Assembly (NCBI RefSeq): GCF_003704095.1
Contig: NW_020843670.1
Span: forward strand, 62,001 to 126,000
Direction: 5' to 3'
DNA length: 64,000 nt
Origin: Pocillopora damicornis
Taxonomy: Eukaryota
Shown: piece by piece, positions 25,318 through 38,282 of the stretch
Numbering within the stretch: the stretch's first letter is position 1
Layout: each line of letters starts with the position of its first letter
Translations under genes and position numbers: made by a program
Notes under the pieces: model-generated
What the model saw: only the letters and a program-made list of their open reading frames with translations
Told to the model about the DNA's origin: nothing
Database searches by the model: none

Positions 25318-26737
25318 TTATTTCTCTAACAATGAATCCGTTCTTAAGATTTTTAAACGCGATTATGTTCATTTTCCTAAGGGGGGGTAAGGAGGGAGAA
25401 CGAGGAGAGGAAAGCACGCGCTTTACTTCAACACGTGGTCGATAGCCAGCTGAAGGTGCAAGTACTTTCACCGTAGAATCAGGGAGGATCATTTTCACCT
25501 CCACTGATATAGTGACTTAGAGCTCGAGTTCACCACTTTCTAGTTCATGGAGCTCCTCCCTATTGACTTCGTATGGGATGTTTTCATGTCCCCGTCGACA
25601 TTTAAATTCAGGTCAGGGTAGCTGATGCTTAAAAAGACGGAATAGGAATTCTGCTCGACCATGATGAGACATTGCTTGATCACTTCTATGATCAAACCAC
25701 CTTGAAGGAGTTTTGGTGAGGGCTGAAAGATCACGTAGCCGTACAATGGAGTGATTAGTATGTTGCACCAAACTCTATCACAGGTGCCTTATCATCTTGT
25801 TGCAGAAGCGTGTACATGCACCAACTGATTCCTCTGTTTGCGCCTCCATATAGCGGTGGCAGTGCTTTTGTTAGAGTCTGTTTTCACGACAATAGGTACC
25901 CGTATTTCGCAGTCGTTGAACCATGCTCTAACCAGGCTGTAGCGTAGATACCGCTGGAGTCAACAGTAGCTCCAGTTTGAGAGTTTTGATTTTGGACATG
26001 TGCCTTGAGATCAAATGAACTTGATCTTGTAATGTAATAAATGTTGGCTTGGTGTCAACCAAAGTAGTGTGTAGAATGTTTTTAGAGAGAGGGTTTACAG
26101 CTGCGAATATATCTGAGCTGCCTTTTTGGTAACGCCGTCTATTTCAATGGAAAATTGAAAATTGTACCCCTTACCAGTTTGCTCTGAAATAGTATAGTTC
26201 GTGCTTTAGTTGTTTTTTGATCATTATCTATTTTAATGTTGCTTCCAGGACAGACTAAAACGTTGTAGAAAAAGAAGACAGACAGTGAAGCTTAATTTTA
26301 CGATACGAATACTTTTCGGGAACCATCCCATATACTCCGCTGGATAAAGGCTCTGGTCCTTTATAGGTAACTCCGCCGACATACGAGAGTGGACTAAAAT
26401 TTCGTGCCTTATTGAGCCTGATCTGCCATAAAGTCAAGTTCATCGTCGTTGCCCCAGGAACCTTTGTCTTGTCCCATCCGTTATCTATATTGTGAGCTTT
26501 TAACGCCTCTTCACTGCTTGCTATCAACATTGAACCGTGGCTTTGATAGGTACCGAAAGCATTTTCTGCTGTTTTCTTCTTTGTAGAGCCCTAAAGTTTT
26601 GTGTTTGACAAACCTGTTGAAACCTTTGACTGTAACGGCCCAGTCCTTACGACGATGTATATAGAGAGCAGCAAATTACTAGGATTAGTGACCCTCAGGA
26701 GGAGTGCTAGGGAGCTGCATGAGGCTTTGGATTTGAG
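25318..26737 (-). pseudogene. PL8 lyase-like copy D, orphan last exon
   Basis: Acceptor tttatag|CTCAAATCC at 26737. Homologous to 11080-12534 but has stops (EGH* where copy B has EGHW) and several frameshifts. No upstream exons found. Confidence 0.85.
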
Positions 26738-26802
26738 CTATAAAAGAAAAAAAGGTCACTGTCCAAAGCGAAATACAACTGAATGATATTAGCAAATATC
26801 CT

Positions 26803-27590
26803 TATTCACGATATAAACTACGGTGTCATAGAAGGATTTCCAGCCCTGAGAAAGGCCTTAACAGCACACGAAAAAACAAAACGATGTTTTTTTCTCGCGT
26901 GTTTGATATCGCCAATCAGCTGCTGACACGTCACTCGCCTTTTGCGCCACACAGTCAGGTTGTTGAATGAACGGCAAAGCCTTCACTATCTCAATCCAAA
27001 GTCGTTTGTCGGAATTCTCTTGGATTATGGCTGCTAAAAAAACACAGAAATATCCGTATCGCTTACAGATAGCAAGGTTAAACTTTCCCTGAAGGGGAAC
27101 AAAATCAGATGCAAAAAGAAAAACCGAAAGTTACGTATTCATTGGCTTTTGTAGTGGCATTTCTCGCAGTTGAGAATGAAAATCAGCAACCGGAAGATTT
27201 GCCGCAGGCCGATTTGGCTGTGTACTTGAGAGATTTAATTTCGTCTGTGGGTAAGGACAAAGTCAATACCTGAGAATTTTGTATATTGCAATTACACCCT
27301 TTGAATTGTTGTATTTGTAATTACTCAACGCTTTTTTTCACACTGATCCTTGGCGACAGCGCACTTTACGATTTTTGTTCGGGAATTGTCGATCGTTTTG
27401 TTTCATTCATTATAACTAGTCTGCTTTTCTTGTCAGTAAAAGGCTATTGTGTTAATATAATAAACAAAATAATACAGGTTGCTTGTAGACCGATATCTCA
27501 ACTCGTTCGCGGGCTTACGAGCAAGCTATCGAGTTGAACACTCAAAGGAAAATTCCATATCTACGCGCACCTATGTGTTATTCTCTATTT
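26803..27590. mobile_element. Dispersed non-autonomous element with subterminal hairpin
   Basis: Both ends shared with 3558-3724; hairpin ctcaactcg...cgagttgaac near 27497-27540. Confidence 0.55.
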
Positions 27591-30367
27591 AATGTATTTA
27601 TTTTCGTTTTATTTGACAGTCTGAGCGAATTTGCGATGCAACACACAACAAGTTAGGATATGCCCCATGAATTCATTTGTTTCGGAAATAAAATCAAAGG
27701 ACACTGGAAGAAACACTGTCTATTCCTTTACATAGTAAACAAATTTTCAGTCGCGCGCCTAATTAATCATATATGTATCAATCACGCGGAACTAACAGAG
27801 GTGTTAGATTCATATGTCGTAAGCGTGGAAATTATATAAAGCAGAGTGAGTTTTAACCTCTCACCAAAATTTTCAGACAATATCAATGGCTACGTATTTC
27901 TTTTCAGTTGTCTATCTCGCCTGAAATTAATGACTAATTAGCCTCCCCCATCTAATACTTTTGCCATAATTATAGTTTGGTTCTACATGAGACAGCTATT
28001 ATCAGCACCGACATATTCAACTAGGGCGATTGAACTGTCTCTTTTTGTGAACATCTACTGAAAATACCGATTAATATAGAGTGACGGCTCGTTTATCACT
28101 GAGTCTAAGCAACTAATTAAGCAGAAATGAAACCCATCAACTCGAGGTTTGACAGATTGTAAACAGAGAACAACATGTATAATATGTGACTTGAGGAGAA
28201 ATTTTAATATTTAGCTCCTAAATCTTAAGGTTTCTCTAGTCCCCGCAATTATTACATTATGCTTCTTCAAATTTCGCCTCTTTGAAATGAATAATTTTCT
28301 TACTTCATTGTAATACCATTTTAGAGAGCAACATAGTATTGAAGAACAAAGGGGCCATCGTTGTTCTCCCGAAAGTGAAGCTTGACGTTATTGTTTAAAA
28401 ACCCCCCACCCTAAACCCTAAATTAACAATGGGGAAGTTTCGGATGAATGTTTTTTTTTTGTAATATAGTCAAGGTAGGTTAGCCTATGTTAGTGGGACT
28501 TTGTCACAAAGTCATGTTTATCTTATTTTCGGTTTTCATTCTAATTTTTTTAATTAAAAAAAAGATACCTTTAATAACAATATCTATGTACTGAAGGGCT
28601 ATCCTGTATAAATATTCCTTACCATGTTATTTAATGAGCATACAACCTTAAAAATGAATTATAGTCTTCGTCAGCCTCAACATCTCGAGTCAATCTTGAA
28701 CGATTCAACTCGATTTTCTGTCATGATTTCTTTAAATCTAACGTCACTTCTCTTTTCGTGGAGGCTCAATGTTAGTAGATCTTCACCTTAATACCTCCAC
28801 CTCTTGATTTATTTTTGAGAAATGAAAACACTGGTAAAATTTGCGTGATTTTCCAAAGCGGTATGATTTCAGTGCCATTTCCGCTCACTTGAGTCAAGAC
28901 CACAAATTTGGGTACAAGTATAAGATGCATCCAGACAACGTAAGACCGCCCATGTTATTGTTGGTAGGGTATAGTCCTACCTTTACGTTTTTGTTAATTT
29001 TGAAGCTATTGTACCAAAAATAGAATTGTTTCATTTATTTTAAAGACATTCAGGAGGAAAAAGACCTTAAAGGAACGAAAAACGTCTTTACTTAAAGATG
29101 CAAATTTCAGTATAATGCTCAAGTTTCGGAAAAAAGTAACAGTTGATAGTCGTGCCCCTCACTCACAATCGTGAGATAGATGTGCCGGAAAGTGAACTCT
29201 TGAAATATTATCTTGTAATAAGATTTATAGTGGTATTTTGAGGTCAAAGCATTGAGACGATTAACGTAGAATGAGCAATTATCTTAAACGACTGGTAATG
29301 CTAAGTAATGCTTTGTGAGCAAATATGAAGGCCGTGCATTTCCAGAGAATCACATTTTCACTATGAAGTAAGGCTGGACGAGAGAACTAACTGGACTTGC
29401 CTCACCAGCATATATGGAGACAATTTAAATTATTATAACACATGACACTGAAAAACATTGATTTCTTGGGATTTACTAAAATTTAATAGCTTAAAGATAA
29501 TTCTAGCCATGAGAACTAAATTTGAACTTACGTTTAAGAGGTTAAATGCTCGATTTTGTTCTATTTTTTTCTTATCAGCTTGGCGTTACTAATAACGCCC
29601 AAAAAGGAAATGATGTACATTTCCAAAGCGTTTGTTTGGCTTGGTATCGATTCTTGTCACTTTTTCATGAACCCTTTGACAACTGAAGTCAGTTTGTTTA
29701 CTCGAAGATGGAAAGTTAATTGAGTAAACAAGTTCATGTATGAAAACTGACCTGGTTGATGAAACTGTTTCCGGTCCCTGCTTAAAATCAGTTCCAAGGA
29801 GATGCAAAAATAATATCTTTTTCTGTATTCTTAGTTGTTATTTCGATTACTTTTGGATATGACAAAAGGTGCAATTATCATAATGTCTCCAAGACAGATT
29901 AATATCTATCCAATCCGTTTACGAATTAACGCGACTGGAGTTAAAAGCTTTCAAAGATTATTTTCGTTATTCGTTCGATTTTAAAGGTGAAACTTTACCC
30001 CCACTGGTTTTTCTGGATGTTTCGGACTTAATGGCTTTTTTTTAATGATCTCTGAGTTTCGTTCTCAGTCGTCTCAAACTCTCCTAGATTGTGACAATAT
30101 GATTACTCACAAGACGAGGACAAATTTATTCCATTCGCGTCAAGGGATTAGTCAACCAAACAAGATTTTTGTAGGCGAACTACAAGATTTAATCAATGAC
30201 GACAACTCGTGATCCTTCAACGAACAAAGGTAACAAAGCGGTAGAACTCCTTTGGTTCAGTAAACATAACAATTTCAGTACCGAGGTGAATTGAATAACT
30301 CACGCGAAGACGATTTCGTGTAAAGGAAACCATACATTGACAGAGATCTCGAGCAATTGGCTGAAAC

Positions 30368-31342
30368 ATGGCTGTTACAGATCAGAATATTTTTGTGATG
30401 GTTTTTCTGAGCATCTTTTCTTTATTCATCGTTACATCAAACTCCTGCGTTTGCCTCTTGGTCATCTCGAAGAAAGCTCTACGAACCACCACGAATTGGC
30501 TGATGGTGTCACTTGCAGTGTCGGACATATTAATAGGAGGAGTTTTACTGCCTGTTTACCTCATCGAGCCATTTTCGATTGTAACAGGTTATTTAGTGAG
30601 CGTAATTTTACTCTCAGGTGTTGCAAACCTATGTGCTGTCACATACGATCGATATGTTGCAGTGATCAAGCCATTGGAATACCCGTATCGAGCTCCTAAG
30701 ATACGAAGAAGGGCTCCTTTACTTTCCTGGTTACTTTCATCGATTTACTCTTTACTGCCTCTGTTTTGGAACGCTGATGTCAACCTCATAGTGCATAAGG
30801 TTTACATGATTTGTTTACAGGTTTTTGGTATCATTGTGCCTTACACTTTAATGACTTTGGCATACGTGCGAATGTTTATGGAGGTTCGGAGGGGTCTGAC
30901 CAGGAACGAACATCTGAAATCCTTCAGAGTGCACAATCACGAAGGAAGACGATTATCTTCGGACGCTAAGGTGGCAAAAGTGTTTGCCATATTTGTTTTA
31001 GCTTTCCTTCTCTGTTGGCTGCCAATCATCTACATAACAACTGCAAAAATTGTTAATAGGGATGACGTCATTCCAGAAGCCCTCTCTGTTTCGTCTTTGT
31101 TTACAGTGGCGACATGTTCACTGTTGAATCCACTCGTGTACACTTTTCTCAAACCGGATTTCAAGAAGGCCATTTGCAACTTCTTTCGGACGCGTTCTCC
31201 CACAAACACGGTGTTAAACGGGCGTGGTGTCTCCTCAGAAGGAGGAATGCGAACTAAAATGAATGTCCAACAAAGGAATTTAGAACAAGGAAAAATACAT
31301 TCAATGGAAGATTTATCCCAATTTTCACTGGATTGCAAATGA
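30368..31342 (+). CDS. Class A (rhodopsin-like) GPCR, intronless CDS
   Basis: Seven hydrophobic segments; SLAVSD, DRY, CWLP and NPLVY motifs. Confidence 0.93.
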   Translation: MAVTDQNIFVMVFLSIFSLFIVTSNSCVCLLVISKKALRTTTNWLMVSLAVSDILIGGVLLPVYLIEPFSIVTGYLVSVILLSGVANLCAVTYDRYVAVIKPLEYPYRAPKIRRRAPLLSWLLSSIYSLLPLFWNADVNLIVHKVYMICLQVFGIIVPYTLMTLAYVRMFMEVRRGLTRNEHLKSFRVHNHEGRRLSSDAKVAKVFAIFVLAFLLCWLPIIYITTAKIVNRDDVIPEALSVSSLFTVATCSLLNPLVYTFLKPDFKKAICNFFRTRSPTNTVLNGRGVSSEGGMRTKMNVQQRNLEQGKIHSMEDLSQFSLDCK

Positions 31343-33672
31343 GTTTGTATGTCCGACGTTACTAGATTCTTGTCGTGCCTAAAATGTCACTTTTATAAAA
31401 CAATTTTGAAGTTCAGCATTTTTAAGGAAAAATACAACTTTTTAATGTATTTTTTAAAACGGTTAACTTAGAGACTCAAGTTTGTTCATTTAAATTCCTT
31501 ACATTTCGTTAAATCGAGGTTGGATGCCCGGATCAGTTATCAATTAGCATAGAACTTCCTGCAAAAAAACATATCACATCTTCTCATTGAAATATTTTTC
31601 TAAGCTAATTAGAGGCGGCGAGGTGTTTGTTAAAATTAATTGAGTGGTGCACAAAAGCTGGGGGGCTACAACCCCCTTTCCCTCCCCCCAGGTCCGGTGC
31701 ATTTGACTCCAGCAGCTCAAAGATCACATGACTAACGTATCAGGATGACTGGGCTTGAGTTATATTATGGTTAGGATTTTAGAAAATAACAGGAAGAACA
31801 AAAAAGTTCATTTTGCCCTTAAAGCAATTCGCCTTCTTTAAATTATTTTCAGAATTTATCGGGGTTCTCCCCCATACTGATTACTACTGACTGAAAAAAA
31901 GGATTTGGTTCTCAGTGAACGAACGAGTATAAACCTAACGATAATATTACTCATAGTGGTCTATTCGAATCTTGCGAACTTTCTTCTACCTGCTGTGCTA
32001 TCGAAAGCAGGCACATCAATGTGATTAATAAAAGAAACTCTCAATTAACAATAATTTTTTTTCTGAAAATTATTTCGATAAGTTCATCATTTTTCAATAA
32101 TAAAAGGTGGGGTGAGTAACCCTATCAAATAAGAAGATCACTTGATCAAATATGTGGTCATTTTGAATAATGAAACTCAAGGTGTCTAATGTAAATTTCC
32201 ATTGACAATTTAATTTTTGAAGGCCTCTAGAAAATGAAACTAGTTTAGGTCTTCACATGAACAGGGCTACATTCGTTCCCCAACACCTTTCATGTCACCA
32301 AAAGCAGTACCAGGTTTCGATTCCCGTATTCAATTTTTTTTGGAAAATTTTTTCGATTGAAAGAGAACAGATGAACCCTGAACTCTACTTATGTTCGTCA
32401 CGAGTCTCTCGCCGGACCAAGGCATTAATAACCATGAAAGCTGAGCTCATAATACTGCTTTGAGCTCTGCAAAATGTGCCGCGATGAACGTGGAGTCTGT
32501 TTTTATCCGTGTGCAGAAAGATAATAATCTGCAAAGCCTCTAGCCTAAATTAAAACGGCGTTAATACCTATGAAAGCTTAGTTGTTCTCTGCAAGGCTTG
32601 CCGCGATGCTGAGTGAAAAACTCTCCAAGACCTTATGTTTATCCGTAGGCTGAAAAGTAATACTTTTCGGACCCTTTGGCCGATATTAGTTAAGTGCTGA
32701 TTCCTAGAAATGCTTAAATCCTAATAATTCTGTGGTCATGGCAAGATCTTCGGCGAATGAAAATAATTACCCTAGTGAAACCCATATTTGTATTCCAATA
32801 ATAATTCCGGAAAATTCTGATCTGCCATTTGCGTTGAAGCATTATTAATTTGAACGTGTGGCAAAAGTCTTAATAGAAAAGAGTTTGTTTGTAAAGATAT
32901 TTCGGAAAAATTCGTAATCCTCGATTCTGGCGTTGTATTAGATGTGCGTCATAACGTGATTCGTCAATTAGTTTGAATTTATACACCGCAACACGATATC
33001 GCTGACAAAAATGAAATGAAAAATTCATGATAGTTACCGGTTGTCCCACATTGGACCGTGTGAAAGGAATAATACCAAAATTACATTTTCAGTTCGACAA
33101 GCTGTTGAAATCTCTCTGATTGTTGCAGCCCAAGATCGTATTAATGAAATGTTATGGTTACGAGCTGTCTCCAAGTGCTAAACGTTAGTGCTAAGTGCCG
33201 AAGGGTAATAACAGATTGCCGAGATAGACAGGGCAAGCGTGCATACCAAACAAAAAGTGTCCGTTCATCGTCCTTATTGGTACAAAGATAATTTCACCTG
33301 TCAATTTAAATTTGAATTTGAATGATAACTTACTGAGAGCTCAACTTGCTCTTTCATTAAATCTGCGTGAAGTCTTCTGGATAAGAACTCACCTTAAGAT
33401 ATATGTTTATAAGATGTTGTTAGGATGTAAGACTGACTACCCAGTGACTGAAAGCGATATACACACCAATTTTTAGGTTCGAGACTCTTCGATTGAGAAA
33501 CATATTTTCAGTTTTGTCACTTTAAGAAATATCGGCTTTGATAGATTAATTTTGCTTACATCAATATAAAGCTGTGTCCTTCAGGATGCTGGTCTGCCGG
33601 ACGCTAAGTTAATACTTCAGAAAGATCAGAGAATAACGAAGAGCAAGAGTTTCATATCCTGGGATATGACAG

Positions 33673-34605
33673 ATGGCTGAAAATTCCATCGTAAACGTTA
33701 TGATAACTATTTTGTCCGTAATAGTAGTGGCTGCTAACGTAACAATATGCCTCTTGGTCGTCGCCAACAAATCTCTGCAAACTTACACGAATGGATTCCT
33801 CGTTTCTCTGGCAGTATCCGATATTTTACTCGGTGCTGTACTGTTTCCTGTGTTTCTAACGATTCCGGAATCGGCCACCAGCGGATATATTGTCTCTGTG
33901 ATTCTGTTGTCAGGAGTTACCAGCCATTGCTGCATCACCTTTGACCGACTCATTGCTATCCGCCATCCGTTCTCGTATTCTTATCTAATACAGAAATACT
34001 TTACGAAAGTGCTACTGACTGCCTGGGTCGTGGCAGTTGTATTTTCGCTAATACCACTCTGCTGGAAAGCTGATTCCCGTCTTTTGATTCACAAAGTTTA
34101 CATCTTTGTGGAAATCGTGATTTTTATCTTTGTTCCTTATATGTTGATGTTTGTTGCTTACTGCTTGATTTTTGCGACGCTCCGCGAGCATTTCAAGATC
34201 GTTCAGGAGATGACGGTATCGACAAGTAGGAGGGAACAAGCGAAGAGGCTCTCATCAGAAGCAAAGGTTGCCAAAGTTTGCCTTATTCTGATCGCTACTT
34301 TTGTCCTCTGTTGGCTGCCGATCATCTACATGACATCAGCAACGGCGCTTGGTAGACCCGACATCGTGCCTGTTCTTTTGCCCAATATTTCCATATTTAC
34401 ACTGGGTCTGTCGTCCTTGATAAACCCTTTACTGTACACTTTCAAGAAAGAGGACTTCAGAACTGCTGTGAGAAAGATTTTCAGGCGAAATATGAATGCA
34501 CAGATTCATCCGATTAGTCTAAAGAATCATATAGAGATCACACAAAAAGGGAATACTACGCATGACACGGCTCTCCAGCTGAGAAACCCTACCACTGGTG
34601 TCTAA
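33673..34605 (+). CDS. Class A GPCR, paralogue of 30368 and 38283
   Basis: SLAVSD, DRL, HKVY, SEAKVAKV, CWLPIIY, NPLLY. Confidence 0.93.
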   Translation: MAENSIVNVMITILSVIVVAANVTICLLVVANKSLQTYTNGFLVSLAVSDILLGAVLFPVFLTIPESATSGYIVSVILLSGVTSHCCITFDRLIAIRHPFSYSYLIQKYFTKVLLTAWVVAVVFSLIPLCWKADSRLLIHKVYIFVEIVIFIFVPYMLMFVAYCLIFATLREHFKIVQEMTVSTSRREQAKRLSSEAKVAKVCLILIATFVLCWLPIIYMTSATALGRPDIVPVLLPNISIFTLGLSSLINPLLYTFKKEDFRTAVRKIFRRNMNAQIHPISLKNHIEITQKGNTTHDTALQLRNPTTGV

Positions 34606-35049
34606 GTATCGCAATTAATGAAGTAGATCCCAACTATTACTGTTCATGCACTGCCGCACTGTGATCAAAATTGCATCAGTCCTTTCATACCTGACTGAGA
34701 GATGGTTATTTTGCTTTTTAAAAGTACAGAGACCAAATGGAAGCGGCGAAAACGATTTTCAAGGGAATTCTAAATTGGCAGACTGCATGTGCCTGCAGTG
34801 GTCAATCGGGCATTGACAGCAAGTTGATTTCTGAAGCTCTCAGTGTCTTTGATATCCTTGACCCTTTACATCCTAACATCGGTAGACACATTCTCCATAA
34901 TGTTCTCTATACCTTTTTTTTACTTGCTCACAAGGAGAACTTGTTTAACGATCAAGAGCTTCTTTAGTTGGCGATCATATCCTTTTTCTCGTGACCTTAA
35001 TGTGTGACCCAGGGGTGATATTTTAGAGAGAGAGATTAGATGCGAATCA

Positions 35050-35292
35050 AGGGGTAAGTTTCTAAAGAAATTGTGGTGCTGCGTCGGTGGGAGAGTATAG
35101 CAGGTAATTTAGTGTTAACAACTGGGTTGAAAACGTAGATTAGCCACCGTAAAGGGTAAAAAAGCTGACGTTTCGAGCGTTAGCCCTTCGTCAGAGCGAT
35201 TGGAAGGGCTAACGCTCGAAACGTCAGCTTTTTTACCCTTTACGGTGGCTAATTTACGTTTTCAACCCAGTTGTTAACACTAAATTACCTGC
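35050..35292. mobile_element. Young Penelope-like fold-back insertion with a 13-bp flanking direct repeat
   Basis: 92-bp inverted arms 35098-35189 and 35203-35294 with one mismatch; TAGATGCGAATCA at 35037-35049 and 35293-35305. Confidence 0.75.
35164..35197 (-). ncRNA. Minimal type I hammerhead ribozyme motif
   Basis: GCU-CUGACGA-A-GGGC-UAAC-GCUC-GAAA-CGUC-AGC: core CUGANGA and GAAA, stem II GGGC/GCUC, palindromic ACGU in place of stem III, GUC cleavage triplet, stem I GCU/AGC. Confidence 0.65.
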
Positions 35293-38282
35293 TAGATGCG
35301 AATCACTCTCAGGGGTTGGGGGTTAAAGCATCTAACTTAGTGGACCGTATTGGTTGAACAATACTAAAGGGAAAATCACGCCTGTAACGACTTCACAGCA
35401 GACAGCACGAACAGGAATAACTGGTTTCCTTCACATTGAGGCCGTGCTAGTTCATCAAACAAAATTTGAAAAAATTGAAGACTCCCACTTGCAAAATATA
35501 AAGGGAGTAACCGCCGAAGAGTTTGATCATCAAATTGGAAATAATAATCAACTCATATGAATCCATGAACCAGTGAATAAAAACAATAATTTATTAAATT
35601 AATGAACAATACGATCATTCAATAAAACAAAGACTGAAACAACTTATCCTTAGTCAATCGATCGTTCGACCGCTAGTCTGTGCTAGGCTTGTGGTTAGCT
35701 GAAATGAGCCAAAGAGTGGGCGCGCGCAAAATGGCGTGGTTCCCTGAAGACCACTCCATCGTTTATCGCTCGCCTGCCCCTTCGCTTTTCTTCGACATAC
35801 AAAGAGCCTGGAACAGTCTATTGAATCACATTGTCATACCCTGACAGGAATCAATAATTCGCTCTCAAAGACGATTACAGTCAATCGATCAGGTAATAGA
35901 GAGGCATATTTAACCCATGGCTGGATGGTAGAGTAATTTATCAGCCAGTTAAGAACACCTGAACCATTCGGCATACCTCCAATCAGGTAAATGTAAACCC
36001 TAACCCTAAGAGTAAGAGTAAACTTGCGCTACATATTTCAAACTTTAGTCTTTGAATAATTTATGATACCAAAATGTTATGACTAATTTTACGTTTCATG
36101 ATTTTCTCTTAATTCTTATATCTTTCAACGAATTATTTCCCATGTAAACTCCACTGTAATCTAGAAAAATCCATGAACAGATATTATCATATTTTAAACT
36201 TCAGGAACTGATCACATTCGACTGTCTGTTTTTTTGTTTTGTTTTGTTTTCATTTCACCCCGCTGGCACTATCACGGCGTGTGAACGATTCACCTGAATT
36301 GTAAAAATTATCTCTCACCCGTAAGTGAAAATTTTTGCCATAGACTTCGTTTTAGTTTAGTTGTCATATCGACCTGAATCTGATATTTTTTCCTATACTT
36401 TTTTGATAACGCAGACGAAGACATGGAAAACAAGATTCTCCGTTCCACTGCATTATAGATAAGCACCAATATGTAATATGTTTCTAAAGATTGCGCAAAA
36501 AAAAAGGAAATTATTTCTGGCACAGTAATCATCCAAAATTAGAAAATAATTCGCTCAAAGGTGGCGTCGTACTAGTCTTGTTTAGTCTTGCGCAATATTT
36601 TTCATCGCTACACCTCATCTAAATGCAAAAAAGGCTCTGGAAAACCCACCTATCAAACAAACACATTCAACATACATATCCCCTCGGGGGTGACAAAACT
36701 TCTCTTCTCTGGCGGTAGTATCCATCTCTTTCTGCTTCATGAAAACAACTTGATTCAGGTTGAAGAGATTCCAGAGTTACTGTAAGGTGAATTAGAGTGC
36801 TTTGGTTTCTTTTTTATCACAAAAATGTCATTAAATCCTGTTTTAAGATGAATTTCTTTTACTACCCACTGCTCGGCGATCTACAAAATATTTCAACACG
36901 CCAGGTGCATCTTTGATTAAAAAGTAATCAGCTGAAGGTTATTCCAGCGTGGCCTGCATATCCCCTTGAAATTAACTTGGACGACCTTTCAAATTGAGCG
37001 AAAGTTTCGCACCTTTTGATCTTATCACCGCAAAGTTCCATTTAGGATGACCTCCACATTTTGACAAAATTTACACGTTGAGAAAATGAACTACACTTAT
37101 CTGAAAGCCATTACCACTGATTCATATCTGGAGACGGTAAAGGCCCTATCTTTCAAGTAGCCCTTGGTGCAGATAAAAATGGCCTTGATATGAGGAACTT
37201 AAACATGCTTTAAATCGACCAAGAAAAGCTTCTCATAAGACACATGGTTAAATTACTGACAACAGATTCACAGAGGTAAAATTCAATTACAACAGTTCAT
37301 CTTTTATTTGTTAAAGTTTCACATTATTACAAATTTACTAAGATATCTTTCGACAAAAAGTTCACCAAATTACCGGCTACCGTGAGGAAATCTAAGCATG
37401 ACATCTCCACATAAATGATTGCAGTTTAGACGAGGATATAAGTTTTTTAAGGAAAGTAAGAATATTTAAACCACCCCTAGTANNNNNNNNNNNNNNNNNN
37501 NNNNNNNNNNNNNNNNNNNNNNNNNNNNNNNNNNNNNNNNNNNNNNNNNNNNNNNNNNNNNNNNNNNNNNNNNNNNNNNNNNNNNNNNNNNNNNNNNNNN
37601 NNNNNNNNNNNNNNNNNNNNNNNNNNNNNNNNNNNNNNNNNNNNNNNNNNNNNNNNNNNNNNNNNNNNNNNNNNNNNNNNNNNNNNNCCCGACTCATTGC
37701 AGCCATCAGTGGCCTCTGATAAAACATTGAAAAACGTTTAATCCATTCAAATTGAATAATTCATCACGTCATGAAAATTGATTCACGTATTATTCATCCG
37801 TTCGCTCTTGACAACCTTTCATCGTATTTGCAGAAATGTGTTATTGTGCCTCTGAACAAAGGATAGCGGTATACTGATAGGTATTGCGAAAGCGAAGAAG
37901 CTTCTCGTTCGTTTGCACTCGCAATTGTCACTAAAAATATCACGGAACAGCAGAATGGAATATTGATTCTGAATGTGACAGACATTTGCCTTTAGGCAGG
38001 AAATGAACATAAAGTGTTCCGGAAAATCAAATGCGAAGCAAAAGCCTTTTGGCACTGAGCTAAGCATTTTAATTGGTGCATGTGTGTTGATATTCCTATC
38101 ATTTCCTCGCCTATGCAAATAACAGAATTAACATTTGTTTAATATTTCAATAGATGTTATTAGGCTTTACTTGCGATGAGGCAACCAGTATTCAATACCA
38201 CAAAGGCGGGAATACACATTACAGGGAAGTTAAACAGTTCGATAACAAGAAATCATTTCTTCACCATTGTTGAAATACTAAA

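Larger units (their letters stand above)
34858..35326. mobile_element. TTAACCC-terminated non-autonomous element interrupted by a nested insertion
   Basis: Termini ttgacccttta... and ...ggggttgggggttaa; the inner insertion is flanked by duplicated tagatgcgaatca. Confidence 0.6.

Noticed and set aside
1973-26737. Lyase genes as bacterial contamination or symbiont DNA
   Set aside because: Spliceosomal introns, a separate signal exon, host repeats in introns, and gap-free contiguity with PLA2 exons on the left and GPCR genes on the right.
35098-35294. Long palindrome as a pre-miRNA or CRISPR-like structure
   Set aside because: It is a dispersed repeat with a target duplication; there is no repeat-spacer array in the window.
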